From NCBI GenBank assembly GCA_965223335.1, contig OZ244991.1:160001-224000 (forward strand): a stretch of DNA of 64,000 nt, given 5' to 3'. The notes below the pieces were generated by a model. That model was not told where the DNA came from. It was given only the letters and a program-made list of their open reading frames with translations, and made no database searches. Positions 42,243-52,310 of this stretch are shown here, one piece after another (within the stretch, counting starts at the first letter, position 1; each line of letters starts with the position of its first letter). The position numbers were made by a program, and so were the translations under genes. Origin of the DNA: Thermodesulfobacteriota bacterium (GTDB lineage: Bacteria > Desulfobacterota_D > UBA1144 > Nemesobacterales > UBA2774).

Positions 42243-42731
42243 ATGAATAAATATTGGATAGCATTTGCAGTCTCGAGCTTTGTAGTAGCAATAGATCAAC
42301 TGTCTAAATGGCTTGTGAGGCGTGATCTGCCGATCTACTCAAAAACAGAGTTGCTGCCTTTTTTAGACCTCACACATATACGCAACACCGGTGCTGCATT
42401 TGGTATACTGGCAGACTTGCCCGAGAGCATCCGCCTACCGCTATTCGTTTTGGTACTGATCACAGCAGTCATCGTGATACTATTATTTTTAAAAAACACT
42501 GATAGCCGACACAAAACTCTTATCTTAGGTCTATCCCTCATACTAGGGGGAGCCGTGGGAAATTCCATCGACAGGTTTAGGCTCCGTTACGTAACTGATT
42601 TTATAGATTTTCATTGGTTCGGAAACCCCGCATTACACTGGCCCCCGTTTAACCTTGCGGACTCTGCAATTACTATAGGTGTTATACTAATACTGACCGA
42701 TACATTCCTTCTTAGGCGGGAGAAGCAATAG
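42243..42731 (+). CDS. lspA: Lipoprotein signal peptidase II
   Basis: DQLSK, NTGAAFG, GGAVGNSIDR, VTDFI, FNLAD. Confidence 0.97.
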   Translation: MNKYWIAFAVSSFVVAIDQLSKWLVRRDLPIYSKTELLPFLDLTHIRNTGAAFGILADLPESIRLPLFVLVLITAVIVILLFLKNTDSRHKTLILGLSLILGGAVGNSIDRFRLRYVTDFIDFHWFGNPALHWPPFNLADSAITIGVILILTDTFLLRREKQ

Positions 42732-42732
42732 A

Positions 42733-43365
42733 ATGTTCACAGGCATAGTTGAAGATATAGGGACTATTACCGGTATAAAGAAAAAGACAAAAGAATCTGC
42801 CTATACAATAAGAACAAATAAGATTAATGTCTCTGAGATCGGCCTTGGGGACAGTATAGCGGTAAGCGGTATATGCCTTACCGTCATAAAACTGGGCAAA
42901 AAAGAGTTCACAGTTGACGCCTCTTACGAGACTCTTAGTAAAACCACTTTATCACAAGCCAAGCTAAAGAGCGGGGTTAACCTCGAACGTTCGGTTAAGG
43001 TAGGTGACAGAATGGGCGGGCACATCGTGAGCGGTCATGTCGACGGGGTCGGTAAAGTAGCGTCTCAAAAAAAGGTAGGTGGCTCTACTGTGTTTTGGTT
43101 CAGCGTCCCTGCGCAACTCTCTAAATATATAGTCCCAAAAGGCTCGGTTGCAATTAACGGGGTGAGTCTTACCGTTAACGATACAAAGCAAAATGAGTTC
43201 TCTGTGAATATCATCCCCTTCACTCAAAAAGAGACCACTTTCGGGGGACTACGCACGGGGAACAGTGTAAATATAGAATGCGATATTATCGGTAAGTATG
43301 TCGAGAAATTCGTATCACCCGTCATCTCGCAACAGAACCCTCAATCCCCTGGGTCGGGAAAATGA
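42733..43365 (+). CDS. ribE: Riboflavin synthase (alpha chain)
   Basis: MFTGIVE N-terminus, GGHIVSGHVD, KGSVAINGVSLT. Confidence 0.96.
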   Translation: MFTGIVEDIGTITGIKKKTKESAYTIRTNKINVSEIGLGDSIAVSGICLTVIKLGKKEFTVDASYETLSKTTLSQAKLKSGVNLERSVKVGDRMGGHIVSGHVDGVGKVASQKKVGGSTVFWFSVPAQLSKYIVPKGSVAINGVSLTVNDTKQNEFSVNIIPFTQKETTFGGLRTGNSVNIECDIIGKYVEKFVSPVISQQNPQSPGSGK

Positions 43366-43919
43366 AGAAAACAGAACTCAAAAACAACATTCTACTGATC
43401 GGTTTCATGGGTGCGGGCAAGTCCACAATAGGTAGGGTATTAGCAAAAAAAATTAAGTTTGAATACATAGATATAGATAGGATTATTGAGCACAGATGCG
43501 CAAGAAGCATTACAGAGATTTTTGATGAGCACGGTGAAGAATATTTTAGAGACAAAGAGACAGAAACCCTAGAGAGCTTGGCGGGATCGGATCATAATGT
43601 ATATGCCACAGGAGGTGGGATAGTGCTTAAAGAGCGCAACTGGCCTTTAATGAGAGAGCTCGGGCCCACAGTATATCTGGAGGCATCATTAGAAACACTT
43701 TGGGACAGGATAAAGCACGACAAACGGCGTCCACTACTTCAAGTTGACAACGCCTATGAACGAGCCGGGGAGCTATTGTCCAAGAGAAAAGAGCTCTATG
43801 AAAAAGCAGATTTAATACTCTGCACAGAGAACCGTACACCCGACGAAATTGCAGAGATGATTATCGATCTGCTAACAACCGAATACCAAACAGATAAGAC
43901 CGACGACTACTACCATTGA
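43362..43919 (+). CDS. aroK: Shikimate kinase
   Basis: GFMGAGKST, GEEYFR, ATGGG, RPLL. Confidence 0.96.
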   Translation: MKKTELKNNILLIGFMGAGKSTIGRVLAKKIKFEYIDIDRIIEHRCARSITEIFDEHGEEYFRDKETETLESLAGSDHNVYATGGGIVLKERNWPLMRELGPTVYLEASLETLWDRIKHDKRRPLLQVDNAYERAGELLSKRKELYEKADLILCTENRTPDEIAEMIIDLLTTEYQTDKTDDYYH

Positions 43920-43988
43920 GCCCGGGATCCGTGTTGGTATGTATGAATAATTCTAGGAAAGTAAATTTGGATCTAGTCTTACAAAATT

Positions 43989-44201
43989 TCAGTTAATTAG
44001 AGTAGCTGCTTCGTCCATAAGGGCCTCGGGGAACCGAGCAACCCTCCCGTCAACAAACTGCACACTATAAACGCGCCCCGATGCCCTCTCGAGCACCTCT
44101 ACTATCTTACCTTCAAGCCCATAGGGGAAAATATCTTTTTTACCCTCTATGGTCTCATCGAGTCTAAACCTAACACCTTTTTCCAGCATTTTAGTCTCCA
44201 T
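43989..44201 (-). CDS. Small hypothetical protein, possible SH3-like beta-barrel
   Basis: 70-aa ORF filling an intergenic gap; G..V......G..G.IVEV....Y.V.F pattern. Confidence 0.55.
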   Translation of the reverse strand: METKMLEKGVRFRLDETIEGKKDIFPYGLEGKIVEVLERASGRVYSVQFVDGRVARFPEALMDEAATLIN

Positions 44202-44391
44202 TGCAACCCTTCTGAGTTAAGTCTTACCAGAACATAACGCAGTTTCAAAATTAAGACAGTTTATAATTATAGGCCAAAAAATTGAAAATACTACATAATT
44301 TGCATTTCCCGTTACTGCAAATACACCCAGGCTAGTCCAGACTTTTCAAGCCAAACAATTAAGGTATATAATATACTCTGCGAGGTGAACA

Positions 44392-45108
44392 ATGGCAGAA
44401 ATTCTAGATAAGATCAAGCAACGGTTCGATAAGGGTGTGGCCACATTAAACGTTAGATCCAAAGAACTCATAGAGACTCAAAAATTAAAAGGACAGGTAG
44501 GTAATCTCCTGGAAGAAAAAGAAAACAAACTAAAAGAACTCGGTCAATATATATACTCAGAGCACGCCCCAGCAAAACAGTCAAGCACAATAGCAGGAAA
44601 AAAATCCGGACATACCCCTCCCTCATATTCGAGCGACCCTCTGCAAAACGCGCTTCTCTCAGTACTAAAAAGTGCTTTAAGCGGAGAATTAAAAGGCGTA
44701 GAAATGGGTAAAAACAAAAAAACTCTCACGCTCAGCTCTTCGGTTATCTATAACGAAACCATTGGGCTACTGCCCAAATCTAAACAAAAAGACCTATCGA
44801 CAAGGAAATTGGGTCTCATGCTTTCAAAACTAGGAGTAGTCACCGATAAATCATCCAGGACCGTAGAAGGATCACGCGAAACCCTATACTCGTTCGATAC
44901 CAAAAAAACCGGCTCGCTACTCGCTAAATCCGAGGGCCCTAAACCCCATCGCCCCACCGCATCAAACAAAACTGGAAACAAGAATTCAGACGATTTAATA
45001 CTAAAGAGATGTAGAGAGATCACCGCCATAGATGAGAAAATCAACAAGCTCAACCAACAGATAAAAGAGATAAAGTTGAATGCAAAAAAGAAGTCCGTAG
45101 AGAAGTAG
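44392..45108 (+). CDS. Hypothetical basic protein: coiled-coil frame with an inserted winged-helix-like domain
   Basis: GAGGTG SD; heptad-like N- and C-terminal segments; central STRKLGLMLSKLG helix followed by a beta-hairpin. Confidence 0.7.
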   Translation: MAEILDKIKQRFDKGVATLNVRSKELIETQKLKGQVGNLLEEKENKLKELGQYIYSEHAPAKQSSTIAGKKSGHTPPSYSSDPLQNALLSVLKSALSGELKGVEMGKNKKTLTLSSSVIYNETIGLLPKSKQKDLSTRKLGLMLSKLGVVTDKSSRTVEGSRETLYSFDTKKTGSLLAKSEGPKPHRPTASNKTGNKNSDDLILKRCREITAIDEKINKLNQQIKEIKLNAKKKSVEK

Positions 45109-45116
45109 AAAACAAG

Positions 45117-45446
45117 CTATAGTGCCTTGTCTATTGCCTTTTCAATCTCGGATTTTGGCACAGCACCTATAATCTGTTCCACCGCACTCCCGTCTTTGAA
45201 CACTATTAGGGTTGGGATACTTCTGATCCCGAATTTCATAGTTGTAGATTGGTTCTCGTCTACATTTAGTTTGCCGAATTTAACTCGCCCCGAATAGGCC
45301 TCGGAAATCTCCTCCACCAAAGGTGCAATGGCTCGGCAAGGCCCACACCACGGTGCCCAAAAATCAACCAATACCGGTACGTCGCTGTTGATCACTTCGT
45401 TGTCAAATGTAGAGTCACTCAGTTCAACAATCCCATTACTAGACAT
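45117..45446 (-). CDS. trxA: Thioredoxin
   Basis: DFWAPWCGPC, IRSIPTL. Confidence 0.97.
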   Translation of the reverse strand: MSSNGIVELSDSTFDNEVINSDVPVLVDFWAPWCGPCRAIAPLVEEISEAYSGRVKFGKLNVDENQSTTMKFGIRSIPTLIVFKDGSAVEQIIGAVPKSEIEKAIDKAL

Positions 45447-45561
45447 TAATCTCTCCTTATGAATTTATATGCTCCGATATTATATCCGATACCGCAAATT
45501 TGTCTAAAGTTAGCTTTTAGTAATATAGATAAATACACCGATAACAAATTGGTTAAGCTGC

Positions 45562-47121
45562 CTAATACTGCTCCTCGATCTCAATGTAATGATTCACGAG
45601 CAAGGTGCCCTTTGCATGCTCTAACTCGGCCAGAGCTATGTTGTAATTGGCAACAGCTCTAATCTCCTGTGTGCCCGCGTCTATTAGATCCCTCTGAGCT
45701 TCTAGGACCTCTCGTGTAGTACCAATCCCCACGTTAAGCCTCTCCTGCTCGTTGTTTACAACCTCTTCCGCGAGAGCCACCGCAACTTTTGCAGCCTCTA
45801 TCCTCCGCAGACTGTTCTCAATCTCGCGTACCGCGTTTTTCACATCAAGAGCTATGTTGTCTTTAGTCTGTTTTAGCAGTATCACGCTTCGGTCTAGCTC
45901 GGCCGAGGCTTTCACATAATCGCCGCGTGCAGTCCTGTTAAAGATAGGGAAGCTGAACACACCGAGAATCTGCCACGTGGGATAATTCCCCTCGAACAAA
46001 TTCCTAAACGTATCGTTTGGCCTGTCAAACTGTGGTGGGATGGGCTCTGGCACACCCCCGAAACTCTCCCTAAGCGGGTTCTCGTCGCCACCCAACCCCT
46101 GCAACTCCACTGAACCCTGTACGGCAAGCCTGGGTAGCCTTTGGTTCGAGTAATATTTTTTAAGCGTCTCTCTGTTCTCTATATTAAGCTTGGCTTCCTC
46201 CATCTCAGGTCTCTCGGCATAAGCCTCGGCAAGGGACTCGGCTTCGTCGTTAACGCTTACCTCGGTGGTGGGCTGCTCTGTGGGATTTATGGCCTGCGAG
46301 AGATCAATCGCCAAAATGTTTTTTAGATTATCCTCGGCGGCGCGGAGTGTGTTCTCGGCGCTTATCACCGTGACCTCTCTTGCCGCTACCTCCGATTTTG
46401 CCTGTGTTACTGCTACGGGGGGCAGCACCCCCACCTCCACCTGAATCTCGTTACGTTTCTGCAGATCCTGTGCAAGTTCTAGAGCTGTCTGCTCAAGCTC
46501 AAGGTTCTCAATAGCCGCAACGAGTATCCAGTAGCTGCGCTCCACATTGAGCAGGACGTCCGAGATCCTTCTCTCGAGTTCCTTGCGAGAGATCTCGCTT
46601 GAGCGAATTGCTGTGATCACAAATGCGTCGTTTACGCTTTTGCCAAAGTTACGCAGCAGGTCCTGACCCACAGTAAAACTCAGGCTCGTAAACCAACTGG
46701 GGCTAAGGTCCTGGATAGGGGAATCGGTCTTTGTACGGGTCAGATCAAAGTTTAATACGTCGTAGAATGTTCCGGTGGGCAGTCTTCCTTCCAGGTTTGT
46801 TTCAGCATTGAATATATCCTCATTAATCTCCCCCGACTGTATAAATGTGCTGGTGGTGGGAATCTTTGCATCGTTGTAAAAAGAGCCGATGTTGAGAATG
46901 GGATCAAACACGCCTTTTTGTGTTTGTATCTCGCCCTCGCTTATATCAACATTTTTCTTTTGCAGTTGAATGTCTGTGTTATTTTCAAGCGCTATATTGA
47001 TAGCATCTTGAAGAGAGAGGTTAAGCACACCCGTATCCGACGCCTGGGCCGCCATCGTAAGAAGTATGTTAGATATAATCAATAGTGAAATATATGCTGT
47101 TGACAGTATAAAATATCTCAT
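45562..47121 (-). CDS. TolC family outer-membrane efflux protein
   Basis: Signal peptide, LSLQDAINIALENN, two OEP repeats; divergent from the TetR-RND genes. Confidence 0.9.
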   Translation of the reverse strand: MRYFILSTAYISLLIISNILLTMAAQASDTGVLNLSLQDAINIALENNTDIQLQKKNVDISEGEIQTQKGVFDPILNIGSFYNDAKIPTTSTFIQSGEINEDIFNAETNLEGRLPTGTFYDVLNFDLTRTKTDSPIQDLSPSWFTSLSFTVGQDLLRNFGKSVNDAFVITAIRSSEISRKELERRISDVLLNVERSYWILVAAIENLELEQTALELAQDLQKRNEIQVEVGVLPPVAVTQAKSEVAAREVTVISAENTLRAAEDNLKNILAIDLSQAINPTEQPTTEVSVNDEAESLAEAYAERPEMEEAKLNIENRETLKKYYSNQRLPRLAVQGSVELQGLGGDENPLRESFGGVPEPIPPQFDRPNDTFRNLFEGNYPTWQILGVFSFPIFNRTARGDYVKASAELDRSVILLKQTKDNIALDVKNAVREIENSLRRIEAAKVAVALAEEVVNNEQERLNVGIGTTREVLEAQRDLIDAGTQEIRAVANYNIALAELEHAKGTLLVNHYIEIEEQY

Positions 47122-47179
47122 AATCTTCTATAATATATATAGATAATTTATTCTGATTATTCAACAATTATTTAGCTGC

Positions 47180-47208
47180 TTGACAATGATCCTGCGGCAT
47201 GATACTTT
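47180..47208 (+). promoter_or_regulatory. sigma70 promoter of the tetR-MFP-RND operon
   Basis: TTGACA-N17-TACTTT with an extended TGn motif. Confidence 0.65.
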
Positions 47209-47212
47209 GTAA

Positions 47213-47228
47213 GTAAGTAATTACTTAC
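47213..47228. promoter_or_regulatory. Probable TetR operator (perfect 16-bp palindrome)
   Basis: GTAAGTAA|TTACTTAC, overlapping the predicted transcription start; outer TGTAAG/CTTACA arms span 47208-47236. Confidence 0.8.
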
Positions 47229-47249
47229 ATCTTACAGGATATATCCCCA

Positions 47250-47864
47250 ATGTCAACAGAACAAGCCAAAACAACCTCTAGAGACAAAATACTTGAGACC
47301 GCTATAAAGCTGTTCGCCGAAAAAGGATTCAGCGGTACGACCACTAAAGAGATAGCCGATATGGCGGATGTAAACGAGTCTCTCATCTTTAGGTACTTCA
47401 GCACGAAACGCGAGCTCTACGGTGCGATCATAGAACGGAAAATCGACGAAGAACCGGGGATAGAACACCCTCTAAACACATACAAGAGCAGCAAGGACGA
47501 CCCCCTAATCTTTACATCAATAGCAGAGAGGATGTTTGATAAGTGCGGTAACGACCCCAGTTTTATCCGCCTGCTTCACTTCAGCGCACTCGAGGGTCAT
47601 GAGCTCTCGGATATGTTCTTTGATACCTATGTCGAATATATAAATATGCTGCTTTCCGATTATATCGAACAGCGTATGAAAGACGGTGCATTTAAGCAGG
47701 TAAACCCCAAAATCGCGGCTCAGGCATTTATAGGAATGGTCGTAAACCACATCATCGTGCAGGAGCTTTTCGGGGAAAAACGTAAAAACAACTCCCATCC
47801 AAAAAAAACAATCGATACATTCGTAGAAATCTTCTTAGAAGGGATCAAGTCCCCATCAAAGTAA
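47250..47864 (+). CDS. TetR/AcrR family transcriptional regulator
   Basis: RDKILETAIKLFAEKGFSGTTTKEIA...LIFRYF.TK HTH. Confidence 0.95.
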   Translation: MSTEQAKTTSRDKILETAIKLFAEKGFSGTTTKEIADMADVNESLIFRYFSTKRELYGAIIERKIDEEPGIEHPLNTYKSSKDDPLIFTSIAERMFDKCGNDPSFIRLLHFSALEGHELSDMFFDTYVEYINMLLSDYIEQRMKDGAFKQVNPKIAAQAFIGMVVNHIIVQELFGEKRKNNSHPKKTIDTFVEIFLEGIKSPSK

Positions 47865-47886
47865 ATCGGAGTATCAACTGAAAACC

Positions 47887-48981
47887 ATGAAAATACTAAA
47901 TCGATATAAATTTATATCCATATCCGTATTCGCAGGTCTATTTTTGTCCTCGTTATTGTCTTTTGGGCAAGCCCCCCCTCCGGCCCCGGTCGAGGTAGTC
48001 CAGGTCTCGGAAAAAGAGATTCGCAAGCCCGTATCCATAGTGGGAAGTGCCGAGCCCATGACAGACAGCATTATCGCAAGCGAGATCTCGGGCCTTATAG
48101 AGAGCTTCCCCGTTAAGGAAGGTGATTACGTTAAAAAGGGGGAGCTGCTGGCATCGTTTCGATCCACCACGCTTGAATTAAAACTAAAAGAGGCCAAAGC
48201 CGCCAAGCGCGAGGCTCGTGCCCGCCATGAACTTGCCAGAAAAAACATGAAGCGCATCGAAGAGCTATACGATAAAGGTGTGGCATCGCTCCAGCAGCTA
48301 CAGGACGCCGAGTCGGAACAAGACGCGCTCCTGGCGAGGATAACACAGATGGACGCTCAAATAGACACAGACCAATACAATCTCGACCGCTCACAAATCA
48401 CCGCACCCTACGACGGATATATAACCGAGGAATTCACAGAAGTGGGCGAGTGGGTAAATGAGGGCGGGCCTATAGTGGAGCTCATAAACATCGAATCATC
48501 CGACATCACGGTAGATGTGCCCGAGCGCTACATCAGTAAAGTGAATGTTGGGGAGAGTGCCGAGGTCAAGTTCGATGCCTACCCAGGGCAGGGGTTCCCT
48601 GGCAAGATCATATCCATAGTGCCCAAGGCCGAGCAGCAGGCGCGTACATTCCCGGTTAAGGTACGTGTGAAAAACCAAGATGGGTTAATTAAAAGCGGGA
48701 TGGTCGCCCGTGTGACGTTCCTAATCGGCGAGCCTTCTAAGACCAAATTCGTCCCCAAAGACGCCATTGTAAAACAGAATAACGCAAACTTTATATACTT
48801 GGTACAAGACGGCTTGGCGGTTCCCACGCCTGTAAACACAGGGTTTGCATATAACGAATTCATCGAGGTAATCGGCCCCGTGGAATCGGGGCAACCGGTA
48901 GTGGTCAGGGGAAATGAGAGGCTACGCCCAAACCAGCCCGTTGAGATTGTAAACCCGGAGAAAGAGACTCTTAAGAATTAA
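47887..48981 (+). CDS. RND efflux periplasmic adaptor (MFP)
   Basis: V.EGD.VKKG, APYDG, RTFPVK, VVVRG. Confidence 0.92.
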   Translation: MKILNRYKFISISVFAGLFLSSLLSFGQAPPPAPVEVVQVSEKEIRKPVSIVGSAEPMTDSIIASEISGLIESFPVKEGDYVKKGELLASFRSTTLELKLKEAKAAKREARARHELARKNMKRIEELYDKGVASLQQLQDAESEQDALLARITQMDAQIDTDQYNLDRSQITAPYDGYITEEFTEVGEWVNEGGPIVELINIESSDITVDVPERYISKVNVGESAEVKFDAYPGQGFPGKIISIVPKAEQQARTFPVKVRVKNQDGLIKSGMVARVTFLIGEPSKTKFVPKDAIVKQNNANFIYLVQDGLAVPTPVNTGFAYNEFIEVIGPVESGQPVVVRGNERLRPNQPVEIVNPEKETLKN

Positions 48982-49040
48982 CCAGCAAAGCGGCTTATAC
49001 CCCTGGATATAAGTAAGACCAAAAATATTTCCGTAAAACC

Positions 49041-52000
49041 ATGAAACTAGTAGACACATCGATAAAAAAACCCGTTACTATTGCCGTTGGTGTGATTTTT
49101 GTCATTCTCTTCGGACTTATCTCTCTATTTAGAATCCCTGTCCAATTAACCCCGGATGTCGAGAAACCGAGAATTACTGTCGACACGCGATGGATAGGTG
49201 CAAGCCCAAACGAGGTGGAATCCGAGATTGTCCGCGAGCAGGAGGACGAGCTCAAAACCACCGAGGGGCTATTGGAGATGACTAGCCAGAGCTCAGACAG
49301 TAGCGGCAAGGTAGTACTCGAGTTCGAGATCGGAACCGACCTAGACGCCGCACTCGTAGATGTGTCCAACAAGCTTAACCAGGTAAAAGAGTATCCCGAC
49401 GAAACTGACCAGCCCGTGCTTAGCACTGTGGACAATACATCGAGTGCTATGGCCTGGTTTATCTTAAAACCCAAGTCCAAAGACCAAATCGATATTGATC
49501 ATTATTTCGACTTTGCCGACGACGTGATTAAACCCCGTTTCGAGAGGGTCTCGGGTGTGGGTTCCTCAAACGTGTACGGCGGGCAGGAGCGCGAGATGCA
49601 GGTTATAGTCGACCCCAATGCACTTGCGGCCAGGGGGGTATCGGTTTCCGAGCTCGCAAACGCGATAGACAGGGAAAACAACAACTACAGCGCGGGTGAT
49701 TTTGACGAGGGCAAAAGACGCTATGTCGTCCGCACCGTAGGGGAATACGAATCCCCCGAGGACATAGAGAACGTAATAGTAACAAGAAAAAACGGCTCAC
49801 CGATATACGTGCGTGATGTAGCCACTGTACAACTGGGCTTTAAAGATAAGGAATTTGCGGTAAGACAAAACGGAGAGCCCGCAATTGCTGTAAACGCGGT
49901 AAAAGAGAGTGGGGCAAACACCATAGAGGTGATGTCGGGGCTCATGGATGCAACGGACGAGCTCAATGCCAATACTCTAGAGGCAATGGATCTAAACCTC
50001 TTTAACGTATATGACGAGACCATATACATCAGAAACGCTATCGACCTTGTAAAGCAAAACTTGATAATAGGCGGCATACTCGCTATCGCGGTGCTACTGT
50101 TTTTCCTCCGCAGCACCACAAGCACATTGATTGTAGCAACAGCTATACCCATAAGCATCGTCGGCACATTTGTGGTGATGTCGATAATGGGCAGGACTAT
50201 TAACGTAATCAGCCTAGCCGGACTGGCGTTTGCCGTGGGCATGGTGATCGATAACTCGATTGTGGTGCTCGAGAACATCTATCGCCACATGCAGATGGGT
50301 AAAACCCGTGTGCAAGCAGCCTATGACGGCACCATAGAGGTCTGGGGTGCAGTGCTCGCAAGCACTCTTACCACCGCAGCAGTGTTCCTGCCGATTATTT
50401 TCATACAAGAGCAGGCAGGTCAGCTGTTCCGCGATATAGCAATTGCCATAAGTGTATCTGTGATACTTAGCCTCATAGTATCGATCACTGTAATCCCTGC
50501 GATGTCTGCCAAGATCCTTCGTACGGTAACCCCAAGGGAGGGGGCCAATTTCACAAACCTCTGGGGCATGACCAGGGTCGCCGGCAATATAGCCGAATCG
50601 ATAGCCATGCTGGTAAAAAAGATTTTAGGCAGCATGAGACTTAGGATAGCTGTTGTGGCAGGGTTTACTCTGGGTGCGCTTTTGCTAAGCTGGGCTATGA
50701 TACCTAAAACCGAGTACCTGCCCGAGGGCAACCGCAACTTGGTATTCGGGATACTCATACCCCCGCCCGGCTATAACATTGAGGAGTTCACCCGTATAGG
50801 TGAGCAGATAGAGAACGACCTGCGTCCCTATTGGGAAGCAGAAGTAGGTTCACCCGAGGCCGCTAAACTCGGGGGGCCGCCTATCAAACACTTTTTCTAT
50901 GTGGCCCGCGGTCGACAGGTTTTTATGGGTGCACGGGTTAAAGAGCCCGACAAGATAAAGGAACTGATACCGGTGCTTCACAACACGCTTAGAAAAATCC
51001 CGGGGATGATAGCAATTGTAAATCAGTCGAGCATTTTTCAAAGGGGCATAGGAGCGGGGAGGTCTATAAACATACAGATCACAGGCCCTGACCTTAACCA
51101 ACTCGTCGGTCTTGGCCAAAAGGTGTTCTTCAGCGGGATGCAGGCCATCCCCGATGCCCAGCTTCGCCCCATCCCAAGCCTAGACCTCGGTAACCCCGAG
51201 GTACAGGTCGTAACAGACAGGGTAAGGGCCTCTGAGGCCGGGGTATCCAATCAAGAGCTGGGTTTTATGGTAAACGCACTTGTTGACGGTGCCATCGTAA
51301 GCGAGTATCAGCTGGACGGCGACGAGATCGACCTCACGCTTAGGGGCAAGGACAACTACGCCAGCCGCACTCACGAGATAGAGGACCTGATGATAAATAC
51401 CGAGACGGGCAACATGGTAACCGTAGGCTCGATTGCGGATGTAACAGTCACCAGAGGACCCGAGCAGATCGACCATTATGAGAGGCAGAGGACCATCGCC
51501 ATCCAGGTCATCCCGCCCGAGCAGATGCCGCTTGAGAGTGCGATAGATATCATACAGAGCCAGATACTGAGGCCCCTGCAGGAAAGCGGGGAGCTCTCGG
51601 GACAGTACAACGCCATTCTCACAGGTACTGCTGACGACCTGACCGTCACAAGGCAGGCCCTTCAATGGAACTTTGCGCTCGCGGCACTCATAGCGTTTTT
51701 GCTAATGGCCTCGCTATTCGAGAGTTTCTTGTATCCGCTTGTGATCATGTTTAGTGTGCCCCTTGCCTCATTCGGGGGTTTTCTTGGGCTGTTTATTCTA
51801 AATTTAATCACCTACCAGCCGCTTGATGTGCTCACGATGCTCGGGTTTATCATCCTGATCGGTATCGTGGTTAATAACGCCATACTCATCGTGCACCAAG
51901 CATTAAACAATATCAAGGACCACCATATGAACAACCAGGATGCTATAGTGGAGTCTGTGAAATCCAGGATCCGGCCTATTTTTATGAGTACCACCACGAG

Positions 52001-52220
52001 TGTGTTCGGCATGCTTCCATTGGTGCTCTCGCCCGGTTCGGGTTCCGAGTTCTATAAGGGGCTTGGTAGTGTAGTTGTGGGAGGGCTTATAGTCTCGACG
52101 GCTTTCACTCTGATCCTGGTACCATCGGTATTAAGCATAGTATTTGAGCTTAGGCAAAAAATCTCTAACAAGCTCTCGGGCGTTACACACCGTCCCGACC
52201 CCATACCTTCCTCCGATTGA
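49041..52220 (+). CDS. RND efflux permease (AcrB family)
   Basis: GASP.EVE, GMVIDNSIVVLENI, GIVVNNAIL, RIRPIFMST. Confidence 0.95.
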   Translation: MKLVDTSIKKPVTIAVGVIFVILFGLISLFRIPVQLTPDVEKPRITVDTRWIGASPNEVESEIVREQEDELKTTEGLLEMTSQSSDSSGKVVLEFEIGTDLDAALVDVSNKLNQVKEYPDETDQPVLSTVDNTSSAMAWFILKPKSKDQIDIDHYFDFADDVIKPRFERVSGVGSSNVYGGQEREMQVIVDPNALAARGVSVSELANAIDRENNNYSAGDFDEGKRRYVVRTVGEYESPEDIENVIVTRKNGSPIYVRDVATVQLGFKDKEFAVRQNGEPAIAVNAVKESGANTIEVMSGLMDATDELNANTLEAMDLNLFNVYDETIYIRNAIDLVKQNLIIGGILAIAVLLFFLRSTTSTLIVATAIPISIVGTFVVMSIMGRTINVISLAGLAFAVGMVIDNSIVVLENIYRHMQMGKTRVQAAYDGTIEVWGAVLASTLTTAAVFLPIIFIQEQAGQLFRDIAIAISVSVILSLIVSITVIPAMSAKILRTVTPREGANFTNLWGMTRVAGNIAESIAMLVKKILGSMRLRIAVVAGFTLGALLLSWAMIPKTEYLPEGNRNLVFGILIPPPGYNIEEFTRIGEQIENDLRPYWEAEVGSPEAAKLGGPPIKHFFYVARGRQVFMGARVKEPDKIKELIPVLHNTLRKIPGMIAIVNQSSIFQRGIGAGRSINIQITGPDLNQLVGLGQKVFFSGMQAIPDAQLRPIPSLDLGNPEVQVVTDRVRASEAGVSNQELGFMVNALVDGAIVSEYQLDGDEIDLTLRGKDNYASRTHEIEDLMINTETGNMVTVGSIADVTVTRGPEQIDHYERQRTIAIQVIPPEQMPLESAIDIIQSQILRPLQESGELSGQYNAILTGTADDLTVTRQALQWNFALAALIAFLLMASLFESFLYPLVIMFSVPLASFGGFLGLFILNLITYQPLDVLTMLGFIILIGIVVNNAILIVHQALNNIKDHHMNNQDAIVESVKSRIRPIFMSTTTSVFGMLPLVLSPGSGSEFYKGLGSVVVGGLIVSTAFTLILVPSVLSIVFELRQKISNKLSGVTHRPDPIPSSD

Positions 52221-52310
52221 ATAGAGAACAAACTCCATTGAAGGCAAACGTACAAAGCATACAACTAATTCCATAATTAGTTTATCGGTGTAGAATATTT
52301 TGGAACCTGA

